Source: Candidatus Hodarchaeota archaeon
GTDB lineage: Archaea > Asgardarchaeota > Heimdallarchaeia > Hodarchaeales > Hodarchaeaceae
Assembly (NCBI GenBank): GCA_016839815.1
Contig: JAEOTM010000070.1
Location: forward strand, 1-54,336
DNA: 54,336 nt
Direction of reading: 5' to 3'
Of this stretch, positions 26,167 through 35,147 are shown one piece after another (position 1 is the first letter of the stretch; each line of letters opens with the position of its first letter). The notes under the pieces were generated by a model, which had not been told where the DNA came from, searched no databases, and was given only the letters and a program-made list of their open reading frames with translations. The position numbers were made by a program, and so were the translations under genes.

Positions 26167-28173
26167 CTATTTTCCTTTTTTCCTCTCAAGAAGTTTCGGA
26201 ACTTTTTTCTCTTTAGGGTTCTCCATTGAGAGAATCATGTCTCTAATCTCTGCTGCTTTCTCAAATTCAAGATTTTTTGCAGCGAGTTGCATTTCCTCCT
26301 TAAGCGCATTCAGGTATTCTGGCAAATCATCTTTAGCAATCTTTTCTTTTTTGATATCCGTGAAATTTGTTTCTAATTCTATCAATGGTGAACGTACTTC
26401 TTTTATGATTGTTCTGGGCGTAAGTCCTTGTTTTTCGTTAAATTTGAGTTGGATTCGTCTTCTTCGTTTTGTTTCTCTAATCGCAGATTCCATAGAATCT
26501 GAGATTGCATCTGCATAGAAAATTACTCTTCCATTAACATTTCTTGAAGCCCGGCCAATCGTTTGTATTAACGCTCGTTCATTCCGTAAGAACCCTTGTT
26601 TATCAGCATCTAGAATGGCAACCAATGAAACTTCAGGGAGATCGAGGCCTTCCCGTAATAAATTAATACCTACTAAAACGTCGAAATCCCCTAAACGGAG
26701 TGATCGTAATATATCAGTTCGTTCTAGAGTTTTTATTTCGGAATGTAAATAGCGGGATCGAATTCCTATTTCATCAAAGTAATCTGCAAGATTTTCGGCC
26801 ATTCGTTTAGTCAAGGTTGTAACTAATGTTCTTTCTCCCTTACTAGTTGTTTTTTGAATCTCACCAACTAAATCATCAATATGGTTCGGTAAATTCAAAC
26901 GAACGATAATTTCAGGATCTACAAGACCAGTAGGTCTTATTATCTGTTCTACCACATCGTTTTTTCCGCTCAGATTCAATTCGTAAGGACTAGGGGTAGC
27001 GCTAAGAAAAATCGTTGTTCCCATTTCCTCTTCAAACTCCCTAAATGTCAAGGGTCTATGATCATATGCTGATGGTAAACGAAATCCATATTCGATGAGA
27101 TTCTTTTTCCGTGAGTAATCTCCCTCTCTCATTCCTCCTACTTGGGGAACAGTCATATGTGATTCATCAATAATTAATAGGTAATCTTCTGGAAAGAAAT
27201 TAAACAGAGTAGCAGGAGGTTCCCCTGGTTCACGGCCATCAAAATATCTAGAATAATTTTCCATACCTGGAGCATAACCAATTTGATCTATCAATTCTAA
27301 GTCGTATTGGGTTCGTTGCTGTAATCTTTGGGCTTCAACTAGTTTATTCTGATTTGTTAACTCGTTCAACCGTTCTTTCAGTTCTTTTCGAATATCGCCA
27401 AGAACTGCTTGTAATTCTTCTTTTGGTCTTACATAGTGTTTTGCAGGAAAGATGTATGTTCGTTCTAGTTCTGATATTCGCTTTCCAGAAACAGGGTGAA
27501 TCAGTGAAATACGTTCAACTTCATCTCCGAATAATTCAATACGTACAGCTGTATCATCATATACTGGCCAGATATCAATGATATCACCTTTTGACCTGAT
27601 TTTTCCTCTTGTAAGTGCTACTTCATTTCTTTCATATAGAATGTCGATTAAATGGGATAAGATTTTCTCTTTCGTAATCTGCATTCCTTTATGTACAAAA
27701 AAACTCATATTCTTATAATGCTCCGGTTTTCCCAGACCATATATGCAAGATACAGACGCTACAACAAGTACATCATCTCTCTCCAACAAACTTCTTGTTG
27801 TTGACGCTCGCATCTTATCTATTTCTTCATTTATATCAAAATCCTTTTCTATGTACCGATCGGGAGTAGGTAGATATGCTTCGGGTTGATAATAATCATA
27901 AAAGGAGACAAAATATTCTACTGCATTTTCTGGAAAATACTCTTTGAATTCTTGGTATAATTGAGCTGCAAGAGTTTTATTATGAGAAATTACAAGTGTA
28001 GGACGATTAATCTTCGTTATTACGTTAGCGATTGTAAACGTCTTACCCGAACCCGTTACGCCCAATAGGGTTTGAAATTTCTTCCCTGTGTTAATTCCAT
28101 TAACTAAAGATTGGATCGCCTCAATTTGATCTCCTCGTGGTTTGAACTCGGAAACTAATTTGAAATTTGACAG
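26167..28173 (-). CDS. uvrB: Excinuclease ABC subunit B
   Basis: GVTGSGKT, YDYYQPEAY, DESH, LREGLDLPEV, QTIGRASRN, C-terminal UVR domain; conserved N-terminus FKLVSEFKPRGDQ extends the ORF to a CTG at 28173. Confidence 0.97.
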   Translation of the reverse strand: MSNFKLVSEFKPRGDQIEAIQSLVNGINTGKKFQTLLGVTGSGKTFTIANVITKINRPTLVISHNKTLAAQLYQEFKEYFPENAVEYFVSFYDYYQPEAYLPTPDRYIEKDFDINEEIDKMRASTTRSLLERDDVLVVASVSCIYGLGKPEHYKNMSFFVHKGMQITKEKILSHLIDILYERNEVALTRGKIRSKGDIIDIWPVYDDTAVRIELFGDEVERISLIHPVSGKRISELERTYIFPAKHYVRPKEELQAVLGDIRKELKERLNELTNQNKLVEAQRLQQRTQYDLELIDQIGYAPGMENYSRYFDGREPGEPPATLFNFFPEDYLLIIDESHMTVPQVGGMREGDYSRKKNLIEYGFRLPSAYDHRPLTFREFEEEMGTTIFLSATPSPYELNLSGKNDVVEQIIRPTGLVDPEIIVRLNLPNHIDDLVGEIQKTTSKGERTLVTTLTKRMAENLADYFDEIGIRSRYLHSEIKTLERTDILRSLRLGDFDVLVGINLLREGLDLPEVSLVAILDADKQGFLRNERALIQTIGRASRNVNGRVIFYADAISDSMESAIRETKRRRRIQLKFNEKQGLTPRTIIKEVRSPLIELETNFTDIKKEKIAKDDLPEYLNALKEEMQLAAKNLEFEKAAEIRDMILSMENPKEKKVPKLLERKKGK

Positions 28174-28317
28174 TAGGGTTCACTCCATTTGATCTTTTCT
28201 GAATAATGTCTTATATATTTTGATGTTGGTAATAAAATCAGCTTTTTAAATGAAGAGAATTTTTCAAAAAATGGATACAGGTAATATAATTACACCAAAA
28301 AGTTCAGAGGATCAAGC

Positions 28318-28992
28318 GTGTTTGATAGAAAAATCCGAATCTCTATTCTTGGGAATACTGGTGTTGGAAAAACTACTTTAATTGACAGAATGAAAGGAAC
28401 TGATGTTAGAACTATTAAAAGCAAAAAAACTTACAATATAAATATTGAACAAAAGAAAATTCGACTCCAAAGTTCGGATTCTTATCCGTGGTATCATCCT
28501 GAAGCATATCGGAAGTATCAAATTCTAGCAATAGATAACCCAGGGGAAATTAAATACAGAAGACAATGGAGAGAAGTACTACGGACAGTTAATACTGATG
28601 GAATGTTATTCCTTCTAGACCCTCAACAGATGCTAGATAACACACGCCTTGCAATGGAAGACGCATATAACTACTTCTTAGATTCACTTGATCTCAGGCC
28701 AGATAAAGCTGATGAGAAGGCTAAAACCAAGAAATATATTTTTCACTTTGTAGTGAATAAATGTGATACTTGTTTAACATCCCCCTGCGATCCGAAAAAT
28801 TTCCATCTTACACCAGAAACAAAAGATCGAGCTGTTGAGTTTCTTTCCCATTTTGCTACGACAATTGATATATTTAAGGAGACATTTCCCAGATCAAAGT
28901 TTGGAATATCCTATATTTCCGCCCTATACAGTCCTTATAATGAGATTGATAAATTGTTTGAAATACTAAAGGTATATCTCTACGAAACTTAG
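28318..28992 (+). CDS. Divergent small GTPase (Arf-like)
   Basis: GNTGVGKTT, KT, DNPGExKYRRQW (cf. Arf DxGGQxxIRxxW), NKCD, ISAL. Confidence 0.8.
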   Translation: MFDRKIRISILGNTGVGKTTLIDRMKGTDVRTIKSKKTYNINIEQKKIRLQSSDSYPWYHPEAYRKYQILAIDNPGEIKYRRQWREVLRTVNTDGMLFLLDPQQMLDNTRLAMEDAYNYFLDSLDLRPDKADEKAKTKKYIFHFVVNKCDTCLTSPCDPKNFHLTPETKDRAVEFLSHFATTIDIFKETFPRSKFGISYISALYSPYNEIDKLFEILKVYLYET

Positions 28993-29006
28993 ATTATATT
29001 TATTTA

Positions 29007-29846
29007 TCATCTAGGGATAACAGAGGGGGCAATTAATTCTTTCACTTCATTTACTTTGAAGGTCATGGGTTCAAATGTAATTTCTAATCCTCTTTTCTTC
29101 TTTTCCGTTATTAAAGATGATTGTAGCAAACTTAACATACGGAATTTTCTAAGTAACGGGCTAATTATACTGAATGATACGCTTTGATACTCAGAAATCA
29201 GCTTGGCCTGATTAAACAAGATAGTTTGAAGATCTTGATGGAGATTCAAGAATCTAGGAAAATCACGGTTAATTACATCCAAAGCTGACTTAGATTTTTC
29301 TTCGTCATCTTCCCCATCTGTATGATATGTTCCAATTACTCGTTGTTTGAATGGAATAAAAACGTTCTTATCAAAAGTTGCAACAGTTGTCGTGATTGAA
29401 TCTTCCTGTTGCTCTGCTAATCTGTAAAACTCTTCATAGACGTTTGGATGAAAAGAGTGCAAATTATAAAATCCAGGTCCCATATCGTGATCAGAAAAAG
29501 GTAACAAATTCCCATAAATAAAATCAATAGCGGATTTCGCCAGCTTCTGACTCGAACTACTTGGTAAAAAATTGATTTCTGATCTCCCATTACAGATATC
29601 TCTAAAGAGTTGAAAACTATCAAAATTGGATTCTGGTGGGAGTTCAGTAAATTCTCCAAGACCTTCAGATGGATGTAAGACAAGAAAATCAGTTACTTTG
29701 TTTGCTAGTTTGTACTGAATCAAGTTCTGTGAGATTTCGAATTGACCTCGACGACCAACGACGAGTTGTTTTTTCCGTCCTACTATCTCAAAAGGAGGGC
29801 ACATGAAAAAATATCGTTTTTCCTTTTCCACAGGTATAATCCCCAT
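29007..29846 (-). CDS. Hypothetical protein
   Basis: 279-aa ORF filling the gap between the GTPase and uvrC; no motif recognised. Confidence 0.6.
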   Translation of the reverse strand: MGIIPVEKEKRYFFMCPPFEIVGRKKQLVVGRRGQFEISQNLIQYKLANKVTDFLVLHPSEGLGEFTELPPESNFDSFQLFRDICNGRSEINFLPSSSSQKLAKSAIDFIYGNLLPFSDHDMGPGFYNLHSFHPNVYEEFYRLAEQQEDSITTTVATFDKNVFIPFKQRVIGTYHTDGEDDEEKSKSALDVINRDFPRFLNLHQDLQTILFNQAKLISEYQSVSFSIISPLLRKFRMLSLLQSSLITEKKKRGLEITFEPMTFKVNEVKELIAPSVIPR

Positions 29847-30010
29847 TAGTAATTGTTATTATAGAGCTATTTAGTTTCATATTAAGGGGAATGAGACTTT
29901 TATGAGAAGTAGGTATCACCTCTTATATCTTATATCATTTCAAAGGTTATTGAATATACCAATAAATTCTAAGTTTGGTTCGTAAACTTATTCTAATGGG
30001 TATGATATGA

Positions 30011-31843
30011 GTGGGAACTCCTGTATTGCAAGCTGAACTAGCAAAGCTACCTCATCTTCCAGGGGTTTACCTTATGCTAGATGAAACAGGTAAGGTCATA
30101 TATGTAGGAGCAGCTAAGGACTTAAAAAAGCGAGTTAGCTCATACTTTAGACGTGATATTCCTGATAGAAAAACACGCAAATTAGTGGCCAATATCAAGT
30201 CATTTGATTATGAAATCCATGATTCGCGGGAAGCAGCGTTCATTCGTGAAAGAGATTTAATCCGAATCCATCATCCCCGTTATAATATTGATTGGAAAGA
30301 TGATAAAGATTACCCCCTTGTTCAGATCACGGTTCCTTCGGAAGATGAGCATTTTAGTCGTCTTTTCATCGTGCGTAGTCTGTTGAATACCCATGATTGG
30401 TTTTTTGGAAGAAAAAAAGACGTTACAGCCTTAAGATCTTCAGTTAGGATACTTCGACGTATATTTCCAGTCGCCAACAAAAGTTATTGCTTCAAAACTA
30501 AAAAAGCCTGTTTGGATTATTCAATTAAGAGGTGTAGTGCTCCATGTGTAGGGAAGATTTCCTTAAAGGATTATCAGCATATCGTTGATGAACTTATTCT
30601 GTTTCTTAAAGGCAAAAGAAAAGATCTATTGGAACTATTATATCGTGAGATGAACCTTCAGGCTGAAAAACTTAACTTTGAAGGGGCAGCGAAGATTCGT
30701 GATAGAATTTCACAAATTGAACGTACCATTGCCACACAAAAGAGTTTCACAATTCCAAGAGAAAAAGATATGATAATTCTTCTCTCAGAAGATAATCATT
30801 ATCTATTACTGAATTTTTGGATCGAAAATGATGAGATTGTCAATATTGAGGAGAGAAATTGGGGACAATTAAATTCTCTATCTGAGACAGAGATCATGAA
30901 AAGTTACATTCAAAATTTCTATTTAGATTCAGATTTTATACCTCTCATAATAGAATCTTCAGTCAATATCAAAGAAGATCAAGAAACTCTTGAGATTTGG
31001 TTGTCTAAAAGACAAGGCAAGACAGTACAATTAGTGTTTTCTCCTAAATCCCAGAAAAGTAAAATTTTGAAACCAATTGTTTTGAAAAAGCAGTTTGAAC
31101 TTGGGGAGCAGGTACGAAAACAAAAGAGAAAGGTGGAACTAAAAAAAGGGGCACTTAATGAGTTGAAGGAGCGACTGGAGTTAGAAACTATACCCAATCG
31201 AATTGAAACGTATGATATTTCCAACCTTCAGGGACAATTACCAGTTGGCTCGATGGTTGTTTTTTTAGAAGGGGTACCACAAAAATCTCAGTATCGTAAA
31301 TTTAAAATCAAATCCTTACCTCCTGAACCAAACGATGTTGCAATGATGCAAGAAGTAATACAACGACGTCTTAAACACAAAGATAAGAAATTTGCTAATG
31401 AATTACCAGATTTATTCGTAATAGATGGGGGAAAACCACAAGTTAATGCTGTTTGGAGGATTTTATCTCATTTAAATGAGAACATTCCTGTTATTGGAAT
31501 AGCAAAAAGAGATGAGGAGGTTTTTCTTCCTCAAAGAAGTAATCCAGTTCCATTTCCTGCTGATAGTCCTGCTTTAAGACTATTGAAACAAACACGAGAT
31601 GAAGCTCACCGTTTTGCGATTACTTATCATAAGAAGCGACGTGTTCTACAAAAGAAATCAGGATTGGATACTATCCCTGGAGTGGGAGCAAAACGAAGGA
31701 AGAATCTACTAACCCATTTTGATAGTATCGAAAAAATTAGCAAAGCAAGTGTGGAGGAACTTTGTCAGGTGGATGGAATTAATCGTTCAATTGGAGAAAA
31801 AATTTATTTGCATTTCAACACAAATCCCGTGAAAGAAAAATAA
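30011..31843 (+). CDS. uvrC: Excinuclease ABC subunit C
   Basis: GIY-YIG (PGVY...YVG...RVSSYF, PRYN), Cys cluster, UVR domain, RIETYDISN, IDGGKPQ, RDEAHRFA, HhH IPGVG. Confidence 0.97.
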   Translation: MGTPVLQAELAKLPHLPGVYLMLDETGKVIYVGAAKDLKKRVSSYFRRDIPDRKTRKLVANIKSFDYEIHDSREAAFIRERDLIRIHHPRYNIDWKDDKDYPLVQITVPSEDEHFSRLFIVRSLLNTHDWFFGRKKDVTALRSSVRILRRIFPVANKSYCFKTKKACLDYSIKRCSAPCVGKISLKDYQHIVDELILFLKGKRKDLLELLYREMNLQAEKLNFEGAAKIRDRISQIERTIATQKSFTIPREKDMIILLSEDNHYLLLNFWIENDEIVNIEERNWGQLNSLSETEIMKSYIQNFYLDSDFIPLIIESSVNIKEDQETLEIWLSKRQGKTVQLVFSPKSQKSKILKPIVLKKQFELGEQVRKQKRKVELKKGALNELKERLELETIPNRIETYDISNLQGQLPVGSMVVFLEGVPQKSQYRKFKIKSLPPEPNDVAMMQEVIQRRLKHKDKKFANELPDLFVIDGGKPQVNAVWRILSHLNENIPVIGIAKRDEEVFLPQRSNPVPFPADSPALRLLKQTRDEAHRFAITYHKKRRVLQKKSGLDTIPGVGAKRRKNLLTHFDSIEKISKASVEELCQVDGINRSIGEKIYLHFNTNPVKEK

Positions 31844-31862
31844 ATTGGTTCATAGACTCTGG

Positions 31863-34451
31863 TTATTCTTCTTTCTTCACTTTCCCACCGATTTGAGTTG
31901 CAGTTTCTTTTATCAGAGATAAAATCATTTTATTCTTAATTTCTTCAGGGTTTTTTAAGTGAATTGTCATCCCTAACTGATACTGTCCTTTATTCTTTTC
32001 TAAAGGCTCGATAATTCCTTTTTTTATTAATTGAAGCTCTTTAAGATTTAAATTCGAAAAATCGAACAGAATTTCCCTCTGGTTATCATCCAATTGATCT
32101 TTCGCTTGTTCATTTTTTGATTCGGTTGATGTACCGTGAAAATCATCTGGAATTTCTAATATTTCTGTGCTATCAAAAGAAATGTCAATCGTAGATAATG
32201 CCTCCTTCTTAGAAATTGAACTTGTACCAACTTCTGACAAGAATTCTAAGGTGAAAATCTTGGTTTTGATTCCTTCAAGTATTGCATTTCGAAGAATTTG
32301 CACTTTCATTAGTTTAGGCATGTTTAAATTTTTTAAAAATTGATCTAGTATACTGAGTGTATCGATCTTCCTCTTTTCTTTAAAAAAATATCTCTTAATA
32401 TATTGTGGTCTGATATAATTTACAATAACTTCGTCTTTGATAAGTTCTCCAATCATCCACTCAAGGAATGGATTACCAGGGGACTTTGGGGGACTTAAGT
32501 GATAATGGTTAATACTATCAGTAAACTCTAAATAAATCCGATTAAATGAAAATGTAGCTTCCTTCTTTATCGCTTTTAATCGAAGGTTGAGATTTTTTTG
32601 TTCCACACGGGTCAATCTAGTATTCTCTTTATCTTGAATCAGTTTCTCGATTGCTTTTTTTTCTTGAATGATAGTTTTTAATCCATAAAAATTCGTAGTG
32701 TTAACCTGAGCTATTAATATTGTATTCTGGTATTTTCTGAATCTTTCACCTCTGGATTGGATCCATGATTTAATTTCTAGCTCTTCTCGATCTGGTGAAG
32801 CAAAAACAAGCTTGAGTTTAGGATTATCAGGGATTCTATCAGAAGATTGTGGCCACACAATAACATTTATTGGAAATTCAACTCTCTGTGAGGAGATCTT
32901 GTCCTTAATTTCTTTCAATGCTTCTTCTTCAAGTTTATTTTTTAGATCTTTAATTTTAAAGTTAATATTCACCTTCTCCGATAGTAAATGTCTTCTATCT
33001 TTTGTGTGAAGAAATTCCATGGATTGTGTAAGATAATTAATTACTTCCGAGATTAATATTAAGTCAATATCAGGTTTCCAAACAGCTAAATTGATTTCTT
33101 GAAAATTTACTCCAATGTTATTATTTTTGGGGATAGAATATAAGAATATTGTAGATATAATCTTATTTCCTAATTTTTTCCATTCCCTCGAATCAGATTT
33201 TAAGTCTGTTGATTCTTTGAATACTTTTAATTCATAATTTAAAATTTCTATAAATTTTAATGGGAGGTGGCGATAATAAAAGGATTTTTGCGACTTTTGT
33301 TGATAGAGAATATCAGAAGGTGTGATTATTGGGTTATTACTCTTTTTTTGTTGTTGATCAAATAGGACCTTAGCTAGGATACTTAAAATTGTCCGAGTAC
33401 CTTGGAATGAAGGTAATTTACTCCAATTATCGATAAGTAACTCAACTGTCGATGGGTGGAAGGGAAATGAGTTTTCTAAAAGAGAGGAATAAGAACTTGT
33501 TGAGGAGTGGGGAGGAAACTCTGTTTTATTGTCAATATAATATGAGGAAATGTCCGAAACTATTTTGCTCAAAGATTCAGCATCGATTATATCGTCGATT
33601 AACTTCTTCCTGACAATTTGGAATAAGTCAGATCGCTCTGAAGGTATAATTAAGGAGTCAAGGCGTGATAATATATGATCAATTTCTATCAAAAGAGGTT
33701 TTTCTTTATCTCCAGTCTCTTCGTATTCTCTTTCGGGTAATGATATAATTAAAACTGATTTTTCTAGCGATCGTAAGCATTCGGATAATTCTTGAAGGAA
33801 AATCAGTGTTTGGAGGCCGAGATTGGACTTAGTAACAGTAACTCCTTTTGCCTTTGTGATATACTCTGTAAATTCATCCAATAGGATGATTACAGGTTGA
33901 TAGGAAGATAAAAGCGATAGTAGAGTAGTCTTCCCAGGGGAAATTCGTTCTTGGTCATTTTCTCGTAAGGAGTTGAATTCCTCAATTCCACCTAATTGGT
34001 ATGCAAGTTCACCCCAAAGTGTAGAAATCCTAATATTTTCTACTTTACGCCCTTTTATTGGGTTTAAATGTGTTCCTAACATTCTGACAATTTTGGGTGA
34101 GAAATTGTGGGGAAATTTTGTTATTTTCCCATCAAAAAATCGTTGGTTGGTCAATAAATGATGAACAGCAATTATACCATGTGTTTTTCCTCCCCCAAAT
34201 TGCGATTGTAGTCTGATTACACTATTACCTTCGCCTGTAGTAATTTTCATAAGAACAGATTCGAGAAATTGAATTAAACCACTCGTAAAGTGGGTAGTTT
34301 TAACAAAAAGTTCTGGATCTTGATAGATCGGATGAGCTGTTCCTGTTAAAACATCGCCCAGATCCGCTACGAATAACTCCTCTTGGTTACCTAGAGATTC
34401 TATGAATGGATATGGTTTAACAACTTTAAACCATGGTTGCATAATTTTCAA
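31863..34451 (-). CDS. DUF499-family AAA+ ATPase
   Basis: PWFKVVKP, FVADL, QFGGGKTH (Walker A), TLWGELAYQLGG, ILLDE (Walker B), FPFHP, FQGTR. Confidence 0.85.
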   Translation of the reverse strand: MKIMQPWFKVVKPYPFIESLGNQEELFVADLGDVLTGTAHPIYQDPELFVKTTHFTSGLIQFLESVLMKITTGEGNSVIRLQSQFGGGKTHGIIAVHHLLTNQRFFDGKITKFPHNFSPKIVRMLGTHLNPIKGRKVENIRISTLWGELAYQLGGIEEFNSLRENDQERISPGKTTLLSLLSSYQPVIILLDEFTEYITKAKGVTVTKSNLGLQTLIFLQELSECLRSLEKSVLIISLPEREYEETGDKEKPLLIEIDHILSRLDSLIIPSERSDLFQIVRKKLIDDIIDAESLSKIVSDISSYYIDNKTEFPPHSSTSSYSSLLENSFPFHPSTVELLIDNWSKLPSFQGTRTILSILAKVLFDQQQKKSNNPIITPSDILYQQKSQKSFYYRHLPLKFIEILNYELKVFKESTDLKSDSREWKKLGNKIISTIFLYSIPKNNNIGVNFQEINLAVWKPDIDLILISEVINYLTQSMEFLHTKDRRHLLSEKVNINFKIKDLKNKLEEEALKEIKDKISSQRVEFPINVIVWPQSSDRIPDNPKLKLVFASPDREELEIKSWIQSRGERFRKYQNTILIAQVNTTNFYGLKTIIQEKKAIEKLIQDKENTRLTRVEQKNLNLRLKAIKKEATFSFNRIYLEFTDSINHYHLSPPKSPGNPFLEWMIGELIKDEVIVNYIRPQYIKRYFFKEKRKIDTLSILDQFLKNLNMPKLMKVQILRNAILEGIKTKIFTLEFLSEVGTSSISKKEALSTIDISFDSTEILEIPDDFHGTSTESKNEQAKDQLDDNQREILFDFSNLNLKELQLIKKGIIEPLEKNKGQYQLGMTIHLKNPEEIKNKMILSLIKETATQIGGKVKKEE

Positions 34452-34770
34452 CTCAAGTGTGTTAATTTAAGTAAATTAGGGGAGGCGAAGTAGGTTTCCA
34501 CCTATAGATGTTTCTGTGCCCCAACACGAACCTTTTTTTTGGTAGTGGATAAAGTTCTTTCGGGAATTAATACTCGTTCAAGATACAACATAAAATGCAG
34601 GTGAAGAATCTTTAAATATCCTATAGAGAACGTTATCTGGAACAATGGCGAAAAGTACAAAAGAACCCAGTAAAGAAGAACAAGAAATGGATTCGGTAAT
34701 TAGATCCACTATAAAAACAGAACCTTTGAGAATGAAATTGTCAGCTAACGAATTAATACTATAAAAAACT

Positions 34771-35127
34771 ATGTTGGAATCTATTATGGAAATGAAAAAT
34801 ACAATGAACATTGAATCTGAGAATATTACGTTATATAACTCGACTGGAACCTCCATTCAGTGGTTGTGGGGAAAAAATGACGGTGTACCGAATTTTGCGC
34901 TTAGAAGATTCGTAATTAAAGCTGGAGGGCAAATTGGAATTCATAGCCATAGAGAAGAGCATGAAATATACATTCTCTCTGGAGAGGGAACTGCTTTTAA
35001 TGATTCTGGTAAAAAAATTACTTTAAGCATGAATGATACACTGTATGTACCTCCAAACGAACCTCATGGTTATACTAATACAGGAAATACCGATCTTATC
35101 TTCCTTTGTATTATTCCTCTCATTTAA
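34771..35127 (+). CDS. Cupin-domain protein
   Basis: PNFALRRF, HSHREEHEIYILSGEG, YVPPNEPHGYTN. Confidence 0.9.
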   Translation: MLESIMEMKNTMNIESENITLYNSTGTSIQWLWGKNDGVPNFALRRFVIKAGGQIGIHSHREEHEIYILSGEGTAFNDSGKKITLSMNDTLYVPPNEPHGYTNTGNTDLIFLCIIPLI

Positions 35128-35147
35128 GACTATAGGGAACCAGATTT

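Noticed and set aside
26054-26518. 154-aa plus-strand ORF
   Set aside because: Mostly antisense to the uvrB 3' end; its F/S-rich composition is typical of a shadow ORF.
34645-34764. 39-codon ORF (MAKSTKEPSKEEQEMDS...) in frame with and just upstream of the cupin gene; possible readthrough or split gene
   Set aside because: The cupin is complete without it and the stop is TAA. It may be a real microprotein, but there is no supporting evidence.
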